A DNA stretch of 47,952 nucleotides from a virus (IMGVR_UViG_3300037427_003832:1-47952), one strand, 5' to 3'; positions 25,983 to 35,746 are shown, counted from the stretch's first letter. Notes: generated by a model from the letters alone, not told the origin. A program made the numbers and translations.

Positions 25983-26449
25983 AAAGAGGCAAGCCACTAA
26001 AGCGAACACCTTTAAAGCGAGGGAACAAACAACTCAAACGAACACCACTTAATCCAAGATCTGCCAAAATGAAAAGCAAATATGTGGCTAGGCGAAAAAT
26101 AGTTTCAGATATGCTAATTGAATACCCGTCGTGTGACGCTTGCATACTATTTAGTAGGTACGATGGCGAATCAGGAATTGTTAGGGTAAACAAAACTGTT
26201 GATATTCATGAAATTATAAATAGATCTCAAAATGGCAGCATAACAGATAGAAAAAATTTATTGGCTATATGCCGTAAATGTCACAGGAGGGTAACTGACA
26301 ATCCAAAGCAAGCTGAAACTCTTGGACTCCACTTAGAGAGCTGGTGCAACTCTGACATCTATTATCGAGAAGCAGAAAAGATTAGAGAAAGCTGGAAAAA
26401 GGGTTCACCTAGAATACCGTTTTGGATAGAAGAGGTCACAGATGAATAA
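25979..26449 (+). CDS. HNH endonuclease-like protein with basic N-terminus
   Basis: PLKRTPLKR repeats; CDAC...DIHE...RS..G......NL..ICRKCH. Confidence 0.8.
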   Translation: MKRGKPLKRTPLKRGNKQLKRTPLNPRSAKMKSKYVARRKIVSDMLIEYPSCDACILFSRYDGESGIVRVNKTVDIHEIINRSQNGSITDRKNLLAICRKCHRRVTDNPKQAETLGLHLESWCNSDIYYREAEKIRESWKKGSPRIPFWIEEVTDE

Positions 26450-27335
26450 AAGATTAAATGACTTTTTAGGGGAAGCATTAAACGAACATCCTGACTTGCT
26501 TGATGAAGCAAACTCTTTAGCAGGCAACTTTTCTGACGGGATGTTGCCTTTTTTAGATCAACAAAAAGTAGATGGTGCCCTGCTATCACAGATGCAAAAA
26601 GATTGGCGAAAAAATGGAGTGGTCATACTAGAGAATTTTATACCGGACCCTATGATTGAGGCATATCGCACTGACTGGATTCAGCACAATAGAGTGAATC
26701 ACGATAGGCCCTTAGGTTATCCCGGAGAATGTGCTTACTATCAGGTTCCAAGTTTGATGAATATTGCTACGTTTGGACCGCTGCAAGATGTAATGCGTTC
26801 TTTAATTGGTGAGCCTATGGGAGTACACCTGAACCTAACGGGGTGGAAATCAACTCAACGAAACTGGCATCAAGATGGGTATTTGAATCCAGATACAAAC
26901 TACGATCATTACTTAGCAGTTTGGGTAGCACTTGATGACGTTCACGAAGATTCAGGGCCATTTGAGTATGTTCGAGGATCGCATGTTCTTCCAATAATTA
27001 CCCAAGACAAGACCTTGGCCCGACTAGAAGAGGCAGAGAGGCGTGATCCACTGTGGCCAACTTATTCAGAGCGCTTCTTAACGCCCATGTTTGAAGACAT
27101 TTTGGAAAGAGGAGAACTAGATACTGAAAAGTTTTTAGCTAGGAAAGGTGACGTCCTCTTGTGGCATGCTAGATTGATGCACCGTGGGTCAATTCCCAAT
27201 AATTCTGATTTGTGGAGAGAGGCAGTAATTATGCATTATTCTGGCGTTAACCATAGACCTGATATGCCTACCCAAGCGGTACAGCACCAACAAGGGGGTT
27301 GGTACTTTCCACTGAATCAAAATATTCCTTTATAA
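26442..27335 (+). CDS. 2-oxoglutarate/Fe(II) dioxygenase, PhyH family
   Basis: WHQD, WVALDD...DSGPF.Y..GSH, GDVLLWH..L.HRG. Confidence 0.9.
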   Translation: MNKRLNDFLGEALNEHPDLLDEANSLAGNFSDGMLPFLDQQKVDGALLSQMQKDWRKNGVVILENFIPDPMIEAYRTDWIQHNRVNHDRPLGYPGECAYYQVPSLMNIATFGPLQDVMRSLIGEPMGVHLNLTGWKSTQRNWHQDGYLNPDTNYDHYLAVWVALDDVHEDSGPFEYVRGSHVLPIITQDKTLARLEEAERRDPLWPTYSERFLTPMFEDILERGELDTEKFLARKGDVLLWHARLMHRGSIPNNSDLWREAVIMHYSGVNHRPDMPTQAVQHQQGGWYFPLNQNIPL

Positions 27336-27715
27336 TGCCTACTAATTACGGGAAGAAGGCCAAAGCTAAAGCAACTAAGTTACATAGTTTAGTCGTTAGA
27401 ACACGTGATAATTTTACTTGCCGTTGGTGTGGCATTACCAGAAATGAAGGTAAGCAAATTCAGTGTGCCCATATTATCTCTCGAGCTATTTCAGCGACTA
27501 GGACTGATGAAGAAAACGCCTTAGCGCTGTGTGCTTCATGCCATTGGAAGCAATCCAAAAACCCTTTGGTATGGGCAAGATGGTTAGAGCAGGAGCTTGG
27601 TAAAGCCCATCTTGATTGCTTATTAGACAAAGGAGTTGCGGGTGTTAAGGTGGATTGGGATTCTGAAGTCGAGAGGCTTCAAACAATTCTTGACGAGCTG
27701 TCAAATAATCAATAG
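27335..27715 (+). CDS. NinG-like/HNH nuclease
   Basis: VRTRD.FTCRWCG...QCAHIISR....TR.D..N...LC..CH. Confidence 0.75.
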   Translation: MPTNYGKKAKAKATKLHSLVVRTRDNFTCRWCGITRNEGKQIQCAHIISRAISATRTDEENALALCASCHWKQSKNPLVWARWLEQELGKAHLDCLLDKGVAGVKVDWDSEVERLQTILDELSNNQ

Positions 27716-27718
27716 AAT

Positions 27719-28081
27719 ATGACTATGAATGACTCGTTTAATAGATCAAAGCCAATTAGCTCAGTTGAAATTGAAGCAGAGCTTATTCGTATTACGCAGC
27801 AGATGGAAAAAGAAACTGAAGATTTTGAGATTTTGATTAAAGAACATGCAGTGAAAGAAGCAGAGTACAAAAAGAATTGGTTTAAAGAATATCTTGCTGC
27901 GGAAGGCGCTGTAAAACAAAAAGAAAGTTGGGCAGGTTACAAGACAAGTGAGCTTCATTACGAGACGCTAGTTGCTGAGGCTCTGGTAAAGGCTAAAAGA
28001 GAAAAGTTGCATTCTTTGCGCACTGCTTGCGATGCTTTACGTACTCTAGCAGCTAATGTTAGATCTCAGGTTAAGTTTTAA
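27719..28081 (+). CDS. Hypothetical coiled-coil protein
   Basis: ORF; TTGACG-N17-TAGAAT (27690-27718) suggests a leaderless start at 27725. Confidence 0.75.
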   Translation: MTMNDSFNRSKPISSVEIEAELIRITQQMEKETEDFEILIKEHAVKEAEYKKNWFKEYLAAEGAVKQKESWAGYKTSELHYETLVAEALVKAKREKLHSLRTACDALRTLAANVRSQVKF

Positions 28082-28089
28082 GGTTTAAA

Positions 28090-28251
28090 ATGATTAAACA
28101 TATAAAACAACCGTTTCAAGCAGGAGGCATAAATGATTTAGTAATTTACCTAGGTGATTTAGCTACGATTTTAACTTTTCTGTATTATGTAAAGTTAAAT
28201 TATTTAGGTTTTGGTTTTTGGTTTGGTTGGCTATTTGGGTGGTTTTTATAA
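28090..28251 (+). CDS. Small membrane protein (53 aa)
   Basis: Manual: MIKHIKQPFQAGGINDLVIYLGDLATILTFLYYVKLNYLGFGFWFGWLFGWFL; TAATG overlap with the next gene. Confidence 0.55.
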   Translation: MIKHIKQPFQAGGINDLVIYLGDLATILTFLYYVKLNYLGFGFWFGWLFGWFL

Positions 28252-29039
28252 TGATTGATAAAATAGATAATGCAATAAGAGACTTAGCAGTTGACATAAC
28301 TTCGCTTACTCCCTTAGAAGGCAATGCACGCATTGGCGATGTTGACGCTATCAAAGCTTCATACAATAAATTTGGGCAATTAAAACCAATTGTAGCCGTA
28401 AGAGACTTAAGCGGAAAAGTTACTGTTATAGCGGGTAATCATCAATTGGCAGCAGCTAAAGAATTGGGGTGGGACGAAATAGCGGTTTCTATAGTAGACC
28501 TAAATGAAGAAGATGCAATTGCGTTTTCTTTGGCAGACAACCGCATATCCGAGCTTGGTGAAATTGATAAGCAGAACCTTTATGATCTTATTTCAGACGT
28601 TTCAGAGGCTGACCCTGAATTTTTTGATTTGCTAGGATGGGATGATTTTGCGGTTACGGCTATTGAAAACTCTGTGATACAAGAGTCAACGGCGCTTGAT
28701 AGTAACGAAGGTTGGCAAGCACCTCAGATAATTATTTCACCAGAGTCTGATGATTCAGACCATGCGTTTGTAGATCAGCTTCCGGATAGTGATGAAGGTG
28801 GAAAGTCATTTAATCCGACGTCAAGCACTGACGATATTGTCGCACAAGGAAGCACAGTGACTCCTGTTACCTCGAATAAGAAAGTGACTGTCCAATACAC
28901 TTTAGTTTTTAGTGATACTAATGAACAAAAAGAGTGGTATTCGTTTTTACGTCATGTTAAATCGTCAGGTAGGTATGCGGGGGAAACTTCTGCTCAGCAA
29001 ATTCTTGACTTTATAAAACAAAACATAGAAGAGCAGTAA
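28251..29039 (+). CDS. ParB/sulfiredoxin N-terminal domain protein
   Basis: GNAR.GDVDAI..S...FGQ.KPIV...VIAGNH...AA..LGW...A...LADNR. Confidence 0.88.
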   Translation: MIDKIDNAIRDLAVDITSLTPLEGNARIGDVDAIKASYNKFGQLKPIVAVRDLSGKVTVIAGNHQLAAAKELGWDEIAVSIVDLNEEDAIAFSLADNRISELGEIDKQNLYDLISDVSEADPEFFDLLGWDDFAVTAIENSVIQESTALDSNEGWQAPQIIISPESDDSDHAFVDQLPDSDEGGKSFNPTSSTDDIVAQGSTVTPVTSNKKVTVQYTLVFSDTNEQKEWYSFLRHVKSSGRYAGETSAQQILDFIKQNIEEQ

Positions 29040-30154
29040 TGCCAAGAAAGCGAATGTTTCTAGATATAGACTGTGTAGATGCGGCTAGAAAAAGATTAGA
29101 GCATGTTTACGACACTTTTGATACTGTTTGTGTTTGTTTTTCTGGTGGAAAGGATTCTACAGCGTTACTGTATTTAGCAAAAGAGATACATGAGAAGCGC
29201 AACTTAGGCCCTGTTAAAGTTTTGTATAGGGATGAAGAGTTTATTGCGCCGTCTGTAACCAAGTTTGTAAAAGAAGTGCGAGAGTATGACTGGGTTGACA
29301 TGGAGTGGTATTGCTTACCTACATTTAGTGAACTTTTTTGTTTAGGGCAAAGAGAGTTTTTACTAACTTGGAGTGCCATGCGAGAATCGGAGGGACGTCT
29401 TTTTACTGACATGCCTGAATACGCAATTACTGCTGAACATTTTGGTGAAGATCGAACTACCACTCTCTCTAGAAAAATGGATGAGTACCTTATGCACGGC
29501 AAGTCAGGCAGAGTAGCTTTTCTTTTAGGAATTAGAGCAAATGAGTCAATGCTTCGTTACAGAACTGTTGTTCAAAAGCTTCATGAAAACTATATAACTA
29601 GACCTAAGGGATTATCAAAGTCTATTCCGCTACGACTGGCTAGACCTATTTACGATTGGTCTTCCGATGATGTTATGAAGTTTGTCACTGAAGAACATAA
29701 TGGGACTTTTTCAGAATACTACGATTTAGCTTACTTAGGTAGGGCAAATCAAAGAGTTGGTATGGCTGTTCATATTATTGCTGCAAGGAGAATAGCGGAT
29801 ATCATTAGGACCGAACCAGAGTTTTATGACAGAGTAATTGAAGTTTTCCCACACCTTGATGGGCATCGGCGTCTATGGCCTGAATATGACATTGAAAAAG
29901 CTATTGCGTCATATGCTTCAGATGGGTGGAACGGTGTAAAAGATTGTATTGAACACACTTACATGACTCAGGGCTTAAAGAAAAGGGCTAAAGTTTTTGC
30001 ACATCAATTTAAGCAAGCAAGGGCAAAAGATCCGTATGGCTATCCGATTGAAAGTTGTGTTAGAACGTTGATGATATCTGAAATTTGGGCGTCTCCTGTA
30101 CCAGTCGGTCCAAGAACAAGATCAGACAGGCTTCGCAGACAAGATCAAAGTTGA
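29039..30154 (+). CDS. PAPS-reductase-family PP-loop protein (IbrA-like)
   Basis: FSGGKDS, RDEE, GIRANES..R, PIYDW. Confidence 0.88.
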   Translation: MPRKRMFLDIDCVDAARKRLEHVYDTFDTVCVCFSGGKDSTALLYLAKEIHEKRNLGPVKVLYRDEEFIAPSVTKFVKEVREYDWVDMEWYCLPTFSELFCLGQREFLLTWSAMRESEGRLFTDMPEYAITAEHFGEDRTTTLSRKMDEYLMHGKSGRVAFLLGIRANESMLRYRTVVQKLHENYITRPKGLSKSIPLRLARPIYDWSSDDVMKFVTEEHNGTFSEYYDLAYLGRANQRVGMAVHIIAARRIADIIRTEPEFYDRVIEVFPHLDGHRRLWPEYDIEKAIASYASDGWNGVKDCIEHTYMTQGLKKRAKVFAHQFKQARAKDPYGYPIESCVRTLMISEIWASPVPVGPRTRSDRLRRQDQS

Positions 30155-30185
30155 CTTTTTCTTTTATTTCTAATACTCTATAAGT

Positions 30186-30707
30186 ATGGATTATGTAAAA
30201 ACATCTGACTTGAAGCCGTCAAAATGGCAAACTATTGGACATGTACCCGGATCGGATAGGAAAGTTTTAGTAAAGTCAATAACAAAGCATGGCATGTTGC
30301 ACCCTTTAACGATAAAACCTGATGGAACGATAATAGATGGATACCACCGCTGGGCGCTAGCACATAGAAACAAGATAAAAGAAGTACCAGTGGTGGTTGT
30401 TGACGTAGACGATGTGGATGCAATGTTATTACACATTCAGCTTAACAGGTATAGAAGCATTTCGGTTGGAAAATATTTAGCTAGGGTAATAAAGTTTATT
30501 AGAATGAGTGAAAAATACACTGATGCTGAACTACAAGATATGCTTATTATGGAGCCAGAAGAGTTTGAGATACTAAAAACAGGCAATTTACTTAAGTCAA
30601 GAAATTTAAAAAAGTATTCATACTCGAAAGCATGGGTTCCGATAGAGTCCAAGGCTGGTGAAGAAATCCACATAGAGAGACGCACAGGTCTACCCGATCA
30701 CGTATGA
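30186..30707 (+). CDS. ParB-like nuclease domain protein (IbrB-like)
   Basis: SI..HG.L.P....DGTIIDGYHRW...A....IQLNR; TTGACT-N17-TACTCT-N6-ATG. Confidence 0.85.
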   Translation: MDYVKTSDLKPSKWQTIGHVPGSDRKVLVKSITKHGMLHPLTIKPDGTIIDGYHRWALAHRNKIKEVPVVVVDVDDVDAMLLHIQLNRYRSISVGKYLARVIKFIRMSEKYTDAELQDMLIMEPEEFEILKTGNLLKSRNLKKYSYSKAWVPIESKAGEEIHIERRTGLPDHV

Positions 30708-31651
30708 CCCCCAAACAAAAACAGTGGGACTCTCTTGGAATTTCTATTAATGAGTCTTGGAGTAAAGATGAAATTTTATTCCGTAGTAAATCTGATTATA
30801 CTGTTGTTCTTAATCCAGTTCAAGTTTATGATAAAACCCTTGAAGCGTTTGTTTGAGTCCCAGATCGTTATGTCACTGGAAGAATCAATCCGGATACGGA
30901 TTTTTTAGATAATTGGGAAGTTGTAAAAGGTAGATATGAGATACTTCCCAATAGTCTAATTGTTGATAAAGCGTTAGCAATTGTAGAAAAATCTTCTAGT
31001 AAAGCATCTTTACATAACTGCGGCATTTTAGATAACGGTAGAAAGTTTTACGTTAGTATCAAAACTTCGGGGCACGCCTTACAAGTCGGTGAGACAGCAG
31101 AAAGTATAGACTCGTATGTAGTCGTCATGACTTCCCATGATGGAAGCATGCCAGTTTGCTACTACAATTTAGATGTTCGCCGTAAAAATAAATCAGTGTA
31201 CAGAATAGATTCTAAAGAATATGATTTCGTTTTGAAGAAGCGGCATACGCCAAATGCTAAAGACAGACTAGAAGAAGCACAAGAAGTTTTACACATGAGA
31301 GAAGAGTGGTCATCTGAGATAGTGTCTGCTCTAAAAGATTTGCAAGTTAAAATTACAGATGATAAGGTTAGTACAACTTTGAATAAATTTTGGTCTTTAG
31401 AGAAAGCTAACACTAAAAAGAAAAGGCAGCACGCAGAGTCCGTGCATGAGAAGATAAATGAGTTGTTCAGAACAGATTATAATAAAGGTGTTTTTGGTCA
31501 GACAAAGTGGGCTTTATTAAATGCATTGAATGAGTACATTGATTTTCACAGAAACATTCCAGATGCAGAAGCTGCACAACACTGCCTAGAGATAGATAAT
31601 TATAGCCATAGACTAAAAGTACAGCTTTTTAATTTTCTAAAGGAGATTTAG
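30704..31651 (+). pseudogene. DUF932/TIGR03299-like phage protein interrupted by an in-frame TGA at 30854-30856
   Basis: ATG 30704 is in frame with the track ORF at 31127 and codon 51 is the only stop. Motifs VV..RYE...N, G.L.NGRKF, MTSHDGS, KRHT.N, T.WAL.NA..EY.D. Confidence 0.75.
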
Positions 31652-31872
31652 TGGCAAAAAAGAAAAAGAAGTGTTACTATTGTGATGAATATGTTGAGAT
31701 TAGCGTTGGTGCTTATAGGAAAGTTTCGGGGTGGGCACAAATTCGTGAACAAGGTGGTAGCAACTCATTAGCGTTTATGTCTGAGCCAGAAGCATGGGCG
31801 CACTCGGCTTGCATTGATCGACAGAAACAGATTAAAAGCGGAAGATTGAAACAGACAGAAACTTTGTTCTAA
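31651..31872 (+). CDS. Small Zn-binding hypothetical protein
   Basis: CYYC...HSAC; AGGAG RBS. Confidence 0.7.
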   Translation: MAKKKKKCYYCDEYVEISVGAYRKVSGWAQIREQGGSNSLAFMSEPEAWAHSACIDRQKQIKSGRLKQTETLF

Positions 31873-32561
31873 TGCATTATATTATGTGGTACTTATTAAA
31901 ACTAATTTCTGTTTTGGCTATTGGTTCGGCATCATCTTTCTTTACGCCACAAATGACGGACGCTTTGCCGGAGCCAGTCGAAACAGGTATTGCTGAACTT
32001 ACAGAGATCTCTGGAGAATTGTTTAGCTCTGTTCTTATAGTTGACCCTAAAACACAATTTATGTGGCATGTGGTAGATGGGGCAATACGAAGACAGTATC
32101 GTGTATCAACAGGGCATGGGTCGCTTAATGCCGCAGGTGAAAGAGTGCGCTTGGGAAATACGGTTGGATCACATCGAACACCTGTAGGCTACATGACCAC
32201 TATAGGTTCAGAAGCTACTGTTTGTGATATGGATGAGATAGGGGCACAGTGGACGACCACAAGTTGTTTTAGTCGTTACGCCACGGTTGATCAAACTTTA
32301 CCCAAAAGTCAAAGGCCGCAGTTAACTAGACAGCTAACCACAGTTATTTTACGTATGTACTCTCAAGAAGAAAGAAATTCTAATTCTGTTGCTAGAGGTA
32401 TTCTTATACATGGAACCAACCATTATGATTCAGTTTATGGGCAGTATCCAGACTCTTGGGGATGTGTTAGACTTCTGCCTGAAGAAATTCTTGACTTAGC
32501 AGCACATTTAGATGATGGTGTCAATCAGATTTATATTTTAGATAGGGAATGGCGTGGATGA
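31872..32561 (+). CDS. L,D-transpeptidase (YkuD family), signal peptide
   Basis: Y.VSTG, TP.G, ILIHGT......G...SWGCVRL catalytic motif. Confidence 0.88.
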   Translation: MHYIMWYLLKLISVLAIGSASSFFTPQMTDALPEPVETGIAELTEISGELFSSVLIVDPKTQFMWHVVDGAIRRQYRVSTGHGSLNAAGERVRLGNTVGSHRTPVGYMTTIGSEATVCDMDEIGAQWTTTSCFSRYATVDQTLPKSQRPQLTRQLTTVILRMYSQEERNSNSVARGILIHGTNHYDSVYGQYPDSWGCVRLLPEEILDLAAHLDDGVNQIYILDREWRG

Positions 32562-32724
32562 CGAAAAAGTAGATATCATGATAACACTACCTTTTGATGT
32601 GGCTGTTGCAGCTTTATCAGCAATAGAAGCAGCTAAGGATAGGGTTGATCCCGAAAGAGTGGAGCATCGTGAAAAGCTGTACGATGCTCAGAGAATCTTT
32701 ATGCAGGCAATGGGTGTAGCCTAA
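32554..32724 (+). CDS. Small hypothetical protein (56 aa)
   Basis: Manual: MDDEKVDIMITLPFDVAVAALSAIEAAKDRVDPERVEHREKLYDAQRIFMQAMGVA. Confidence 0.55.
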   Translation: MDDEKVDIMITLPFDVAVAALSAIEAAKDRVDPERVEHREKLYDAQRIFMQAMGVA

Positions 32725-34037
32725 ATTATAATTTCTATTTTGCGCCTTAGTCCCATACCTAAGCCTGCGCAGTGATTGAAAGCGTGAACTGCGGCATCGA
32801 CTTGGTCATCGTGTACACGAGCTTCAGGGAATGAAGCTAGCTCGTCAATAAAATCAGTATTCCAAGATCCTTCTAATAATCTAACATTCCCGTTTGCAAC
32901 TGCAGCCGATAGCGGTTTGGCCCTAGTTTGTTTATCCCCTGTAGCTCGTTTTCCCATAAAATCATATCCTTGCAGAACGTACCGTGCGTATTGGTCTAGT
33001 AAGTTTTTACCTGCAGATCCGGGTTCTTGTTCCATTCGTATGGGTATTTCAGGGCCGTCTTCTATCGCAGTTTGCCTGATAAAGTTTTCTATTTTATCGC
33101 CTTTGGCCCGTATTCGTCTAACATCTATAATGTAGAATACGCCATTCTCAAAAGCTGCAAGACACCCCACGGTCCAGTCAGGGTCTGGGTTAGATTGTGT
33201 TGGCTCTGTTCCGGCTAGATCCCAAAATCTAACCAGTGAAGCATTTTTAGAAAAGCTTGGTATTTCGTTTGGTTCTAAAGTTATGAAATTAGTTCGATCA
33301 AACATTGACCCTAGGGTAGTTGCCCACCAGTCACCGAACTCTAGTCGTTTCCGTTCAATTGGGTCCAACTCTTGTAAGACCGCACGATAAGATTCTGGGT
33401 CAATTCCCGGATTATCAGTTAGTTTAGAAGGTATAAATATTCGCCCGTGGTCTTTACCTTCTACAAGAAATCGTTGCCTTACCCAGTTTGGCGCTGGGTT
33501 TGTTGCAGCACGCATTCTAAGGGGAACTTTGGAAAGTGGCCCATTTGCAGGTCTACGCAAACGAGAAAACATGTAGCGATAATCAGCCTCTCTAATTTCG
33601 GTAACTTCATCCATGCCTATAAATTGAAATTCAGATCCTTTATAGCGAAGGTAGTCATTTACGTTATTTAAATACCCAAATGTTATTCTTGCACCACTAG
33701 GAAAAGTAGCGGTGTACATGTTAGAGTTCCAATGAACGTCATCATATGCAGTTACCCATTCTTTAAACCTATCCATTAGTGCTCCGGGTAGAGCTAAGTC
33801 AGCGTATGTTCGTCGAAAAAGGATAGCAGAGTAGCTTGGAATGTCAACGTACTGTAAAGCGGCCATAATCAGAGCAGAGCTTTTTCCACCGCCTGCGGCA
33901 CCTCCGAATAAAACTTCAGTTTTTTCAGATTTTAAAAAGACTTTTTGTGTTAGGGAAGGCTCTTCTATCCAGTAACTTGACCTTTTAGGTTCTAAGTATT
34001 CTTTAATTTTTTGCCAATCCGCTGTTTCTGTAGACAT
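32721..34037 (-). CDS. terL: Terminase large subunit
   Basis: FGGAAGGGKS Walker A, IGMDE Walker B, ATNP, RFWDLA, EQEPGSAGK, HDDQVDA. Confidence 0.95.
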   Translation of the reverse strand: MSTETADWQKIKEYLEPKRSSYWIEEPSLTQKVFLKSEKTEVLFGGAAGGGKSSALIMAALQYVDIPSYSAILFRRTYADLALPGALMDRFKEWVTAYDDVHWNSNMYTATFPSGARITFGYLNNVNDYLRYKGSEFQFIGMDEVTEIREADYRYMFSRLRRPANGPLSKVPLRMRAATNPAPNWVRQRFLVEGKDHGRIFIPSKLTDNPGIDPESYRAVLQELDPIERKRLEFGDWWATTLGSMFDRTNFITLEPNEIPSFSKNASLVRFWDLAGTEPTQSNPDPDWTVGCLAAFENGVFYIIDVRRIRAKGDKIENFIRQTAIEDGPEIPIRMEQEPGSAGKNLLDQYARYVLQGYDFMGKRATGDKQTRAKPLSAAVANGNVRLLEGSWNTDFIDELASFPEARVHDDQVDAAVHAFNHCAGLGMGLRRKIEIII

Positions 34038-34078
34038 ATTTACTTGTTTCCTATGTAAAATAACGGTAAAGTAGTAAT

Positions 34079-34237
34079 ATGAAGAAATTTATGAGTCGTA
34101 CAGTTACGGCCCACACCTTTATGGTAATTTCTATAGGACTTATCCTAGTTGGTATTAGTATACTAAGTTTAGGGTGGGGTTTAGCAAGTGGTGGCTTGTG
34201 TTGTGGAATATATGGAGTCCTTTTAGGAGCGGATTGA
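34079..34237 (+). CDS. Small 2-TM membrane protein preceding the portal
   Basis: Manual: MKKFMSRTVTAHTFMVISIGLILVGISILSLGWGLASGGLCCGIYGVLLGAD; TAAAGT-N6-ATG. Confidence 0.7.
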   Translation: MKKFMSRTVTAHTFMVISIGLILVGISILSLGWGLASGGLCCGIYGVLLGAD

Positions 34238-34240
34238 TAA

Positions 34241-35746
34241 ATGGCTTGGAACACTTCTAACAAATCTTTGGAAGACGCTTTACGGAATGGGGCGTCAAAA
34301 GCTATGCCTATTTCAGTCGGCGCACCAATCTCCTATAGCCCATCCTTGCAAAAAGGGTCAGGCTACCATGATGGATGGGACATTGTAAAAGCATACAAAG
34401 AGGGCGTATCTCGTGTAACATGGGTTTTTAGGTGTATCGATGTCATATCGTCTAATCAAGCACGGTTACCTATGATACTTCGTAAGGACAATAGTCCTTT
34501 TGGTGAGGTAGTTCAAGACGATGATTTGTTAAAGTTATTTAACAATACTGCTAACAACGGAGAAAATGCTTTTGCGTTTAGATATCGTTTGTCATCTCAG
34601 CTGCTTATGAGCAGTAGAGGCGTGTTTGTTGAAATTGTTAGGGGTAGAGGTGGAATGCCAATTGCGCTACATCTTCTTCCCCCTCAAAACACTTCCCCAA
34701 TTCCTGATGTTAATAAGTTTGTAAAAGGGTTTGAAGTAAAGATAAGTGCTCATGAAACAAGAACAATTAAACCACAAAACGTAATTTGGATTAGAAGACC
34801 TCACCCATTGGACCCGTATCTGTCCATGACCCCGATGGAAGCGGCAGGGGTAGCAATCGAACTTGAAAGTTTAGCTAAAATTTATAATAGAAACTTTTTA
34901 ATAAACGATGGCCGACCCGGCGGTCTACTAGTGATAAGAAGCGAAATAGACGAAGAAGATAAAGATGAACTTAGATCTCGCTTTCAAGGCAATATAGGGC
35001 GTGCTGGCGCAGTTGGTGTTATTTCATCAGATGATGGGGCTGATTTTGTTGATACTGCAGCAAGCCCTAGAGACGCCGCCTACGTACAAATGAGAAACAT
35101 AACGAAAGAAGAAATATTAGCTGCGTTTGGTGTTCCAGAGTCAATCATAGGAAACTCCGCAAATAGGACTTTCTCTAACGCCATGGAAGAGGGTAAGGTT
35201 TTCTGGATGGAAACTATGTCCCCCCATCTGGACTTAATAGCTAGGTCGTTTGATGCAATTGACCCTGATAATTTTATTGATTTTGATATAACAAATGTAC
35301 CTGTGCTTGTATTAGCTAGCCAAGAAAGAGAAAAGCATAGTTTAACTGAATTTCAATTAGGGCTAATTAGTGTTAATGAATACAGAGAGGCAGCTGGGCG
35401 CAAGAAAGTGGAATCAGATATTGCTGATTCATTATTATCTAATCCTAACCAGACGCCAATAGCTAACACTGAAAAGCCAATGAATCAAGATACAGAAGAT
35501 GTTCTAGAGGCAGGGGTACCATTTGGCCAACAAGGTCAGGCTGCAACTAATCAACAGCTTGGAGAGTTTGACCCAGAGACAGGCAGATATGTGCCAGTTG
35601 GGCAAGTAGATGGAACCCAATTGATTGAAGCGCCTGCTGCTCAAGTTCCTAGCGGTGAAGGTTTAGCTACTGTACAGGGAACTATGCAGGTTGAAGTACC
35701 TGCTGCTCAAGTACCTAGTGAGCTTTCTGATGAAGAACCTAAGTGA
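34241..35746 (+). CDS. Portal protein (HK97-like)
   Basis: WVFRCID.I, P.P.DPY...TP, N.GRPGG, I.AAFGVP, NE.R. Confidence 0.93.
   Translation: MAWNTSNKSLEDALRNGASKAMPISVGAPISYSPSLQKGSGYHDGWDIVKAYKEGVSRVTWVFRCIDVISSNQARLPMILRKDNSPFGEVVQDDDLLKLFNNTANNGENAFAFRYRLSSQLLMSSRGVFVEIVRGRGGMPIALHLLPPQNTSPIPDVNKFVKGFEVKISAHETRTIKPQNVIWIRRPHPLDPYLSMTPMEAAGVAIELESLAKIYNRNFLINDGRPGGLLVIRSEIDEEDKDELRSRFQGNIGRAGAVGVISSDDGADFVDTAASPRDAAYVQMRNITKEEILAAFGVPESIIGNSANRTFSNAMEEGKVFWMETMSPHLDLIARSFDAIDPDNFIDFDITNVPVLVLASQEREKHSLTEFQLGLISVNEYREAAGRKKVESDIADSLLSNPNQTPIANTEKPMNQDTEDVLEAGVPFGQQGQAATNQQLGEFDPETGRYVPVGQVDGTQLIEAPAAQVPSGEGLATVQGTMQVEVPAAQVPSELSDEEPK

Noticed and set aside
30854-30856. Genome-wide UGA recoding (alternative genetic code)
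   Set aside because: Many well-defined genes end in TGA with tight overlaps, and Trp is encoded by TGG throughout.
35627-35719. Duplicated PAAQVPS segment at the portal C-terminus
   Set aside because: Short duplication in a probably disordered tail, with no evidence of a separate function.
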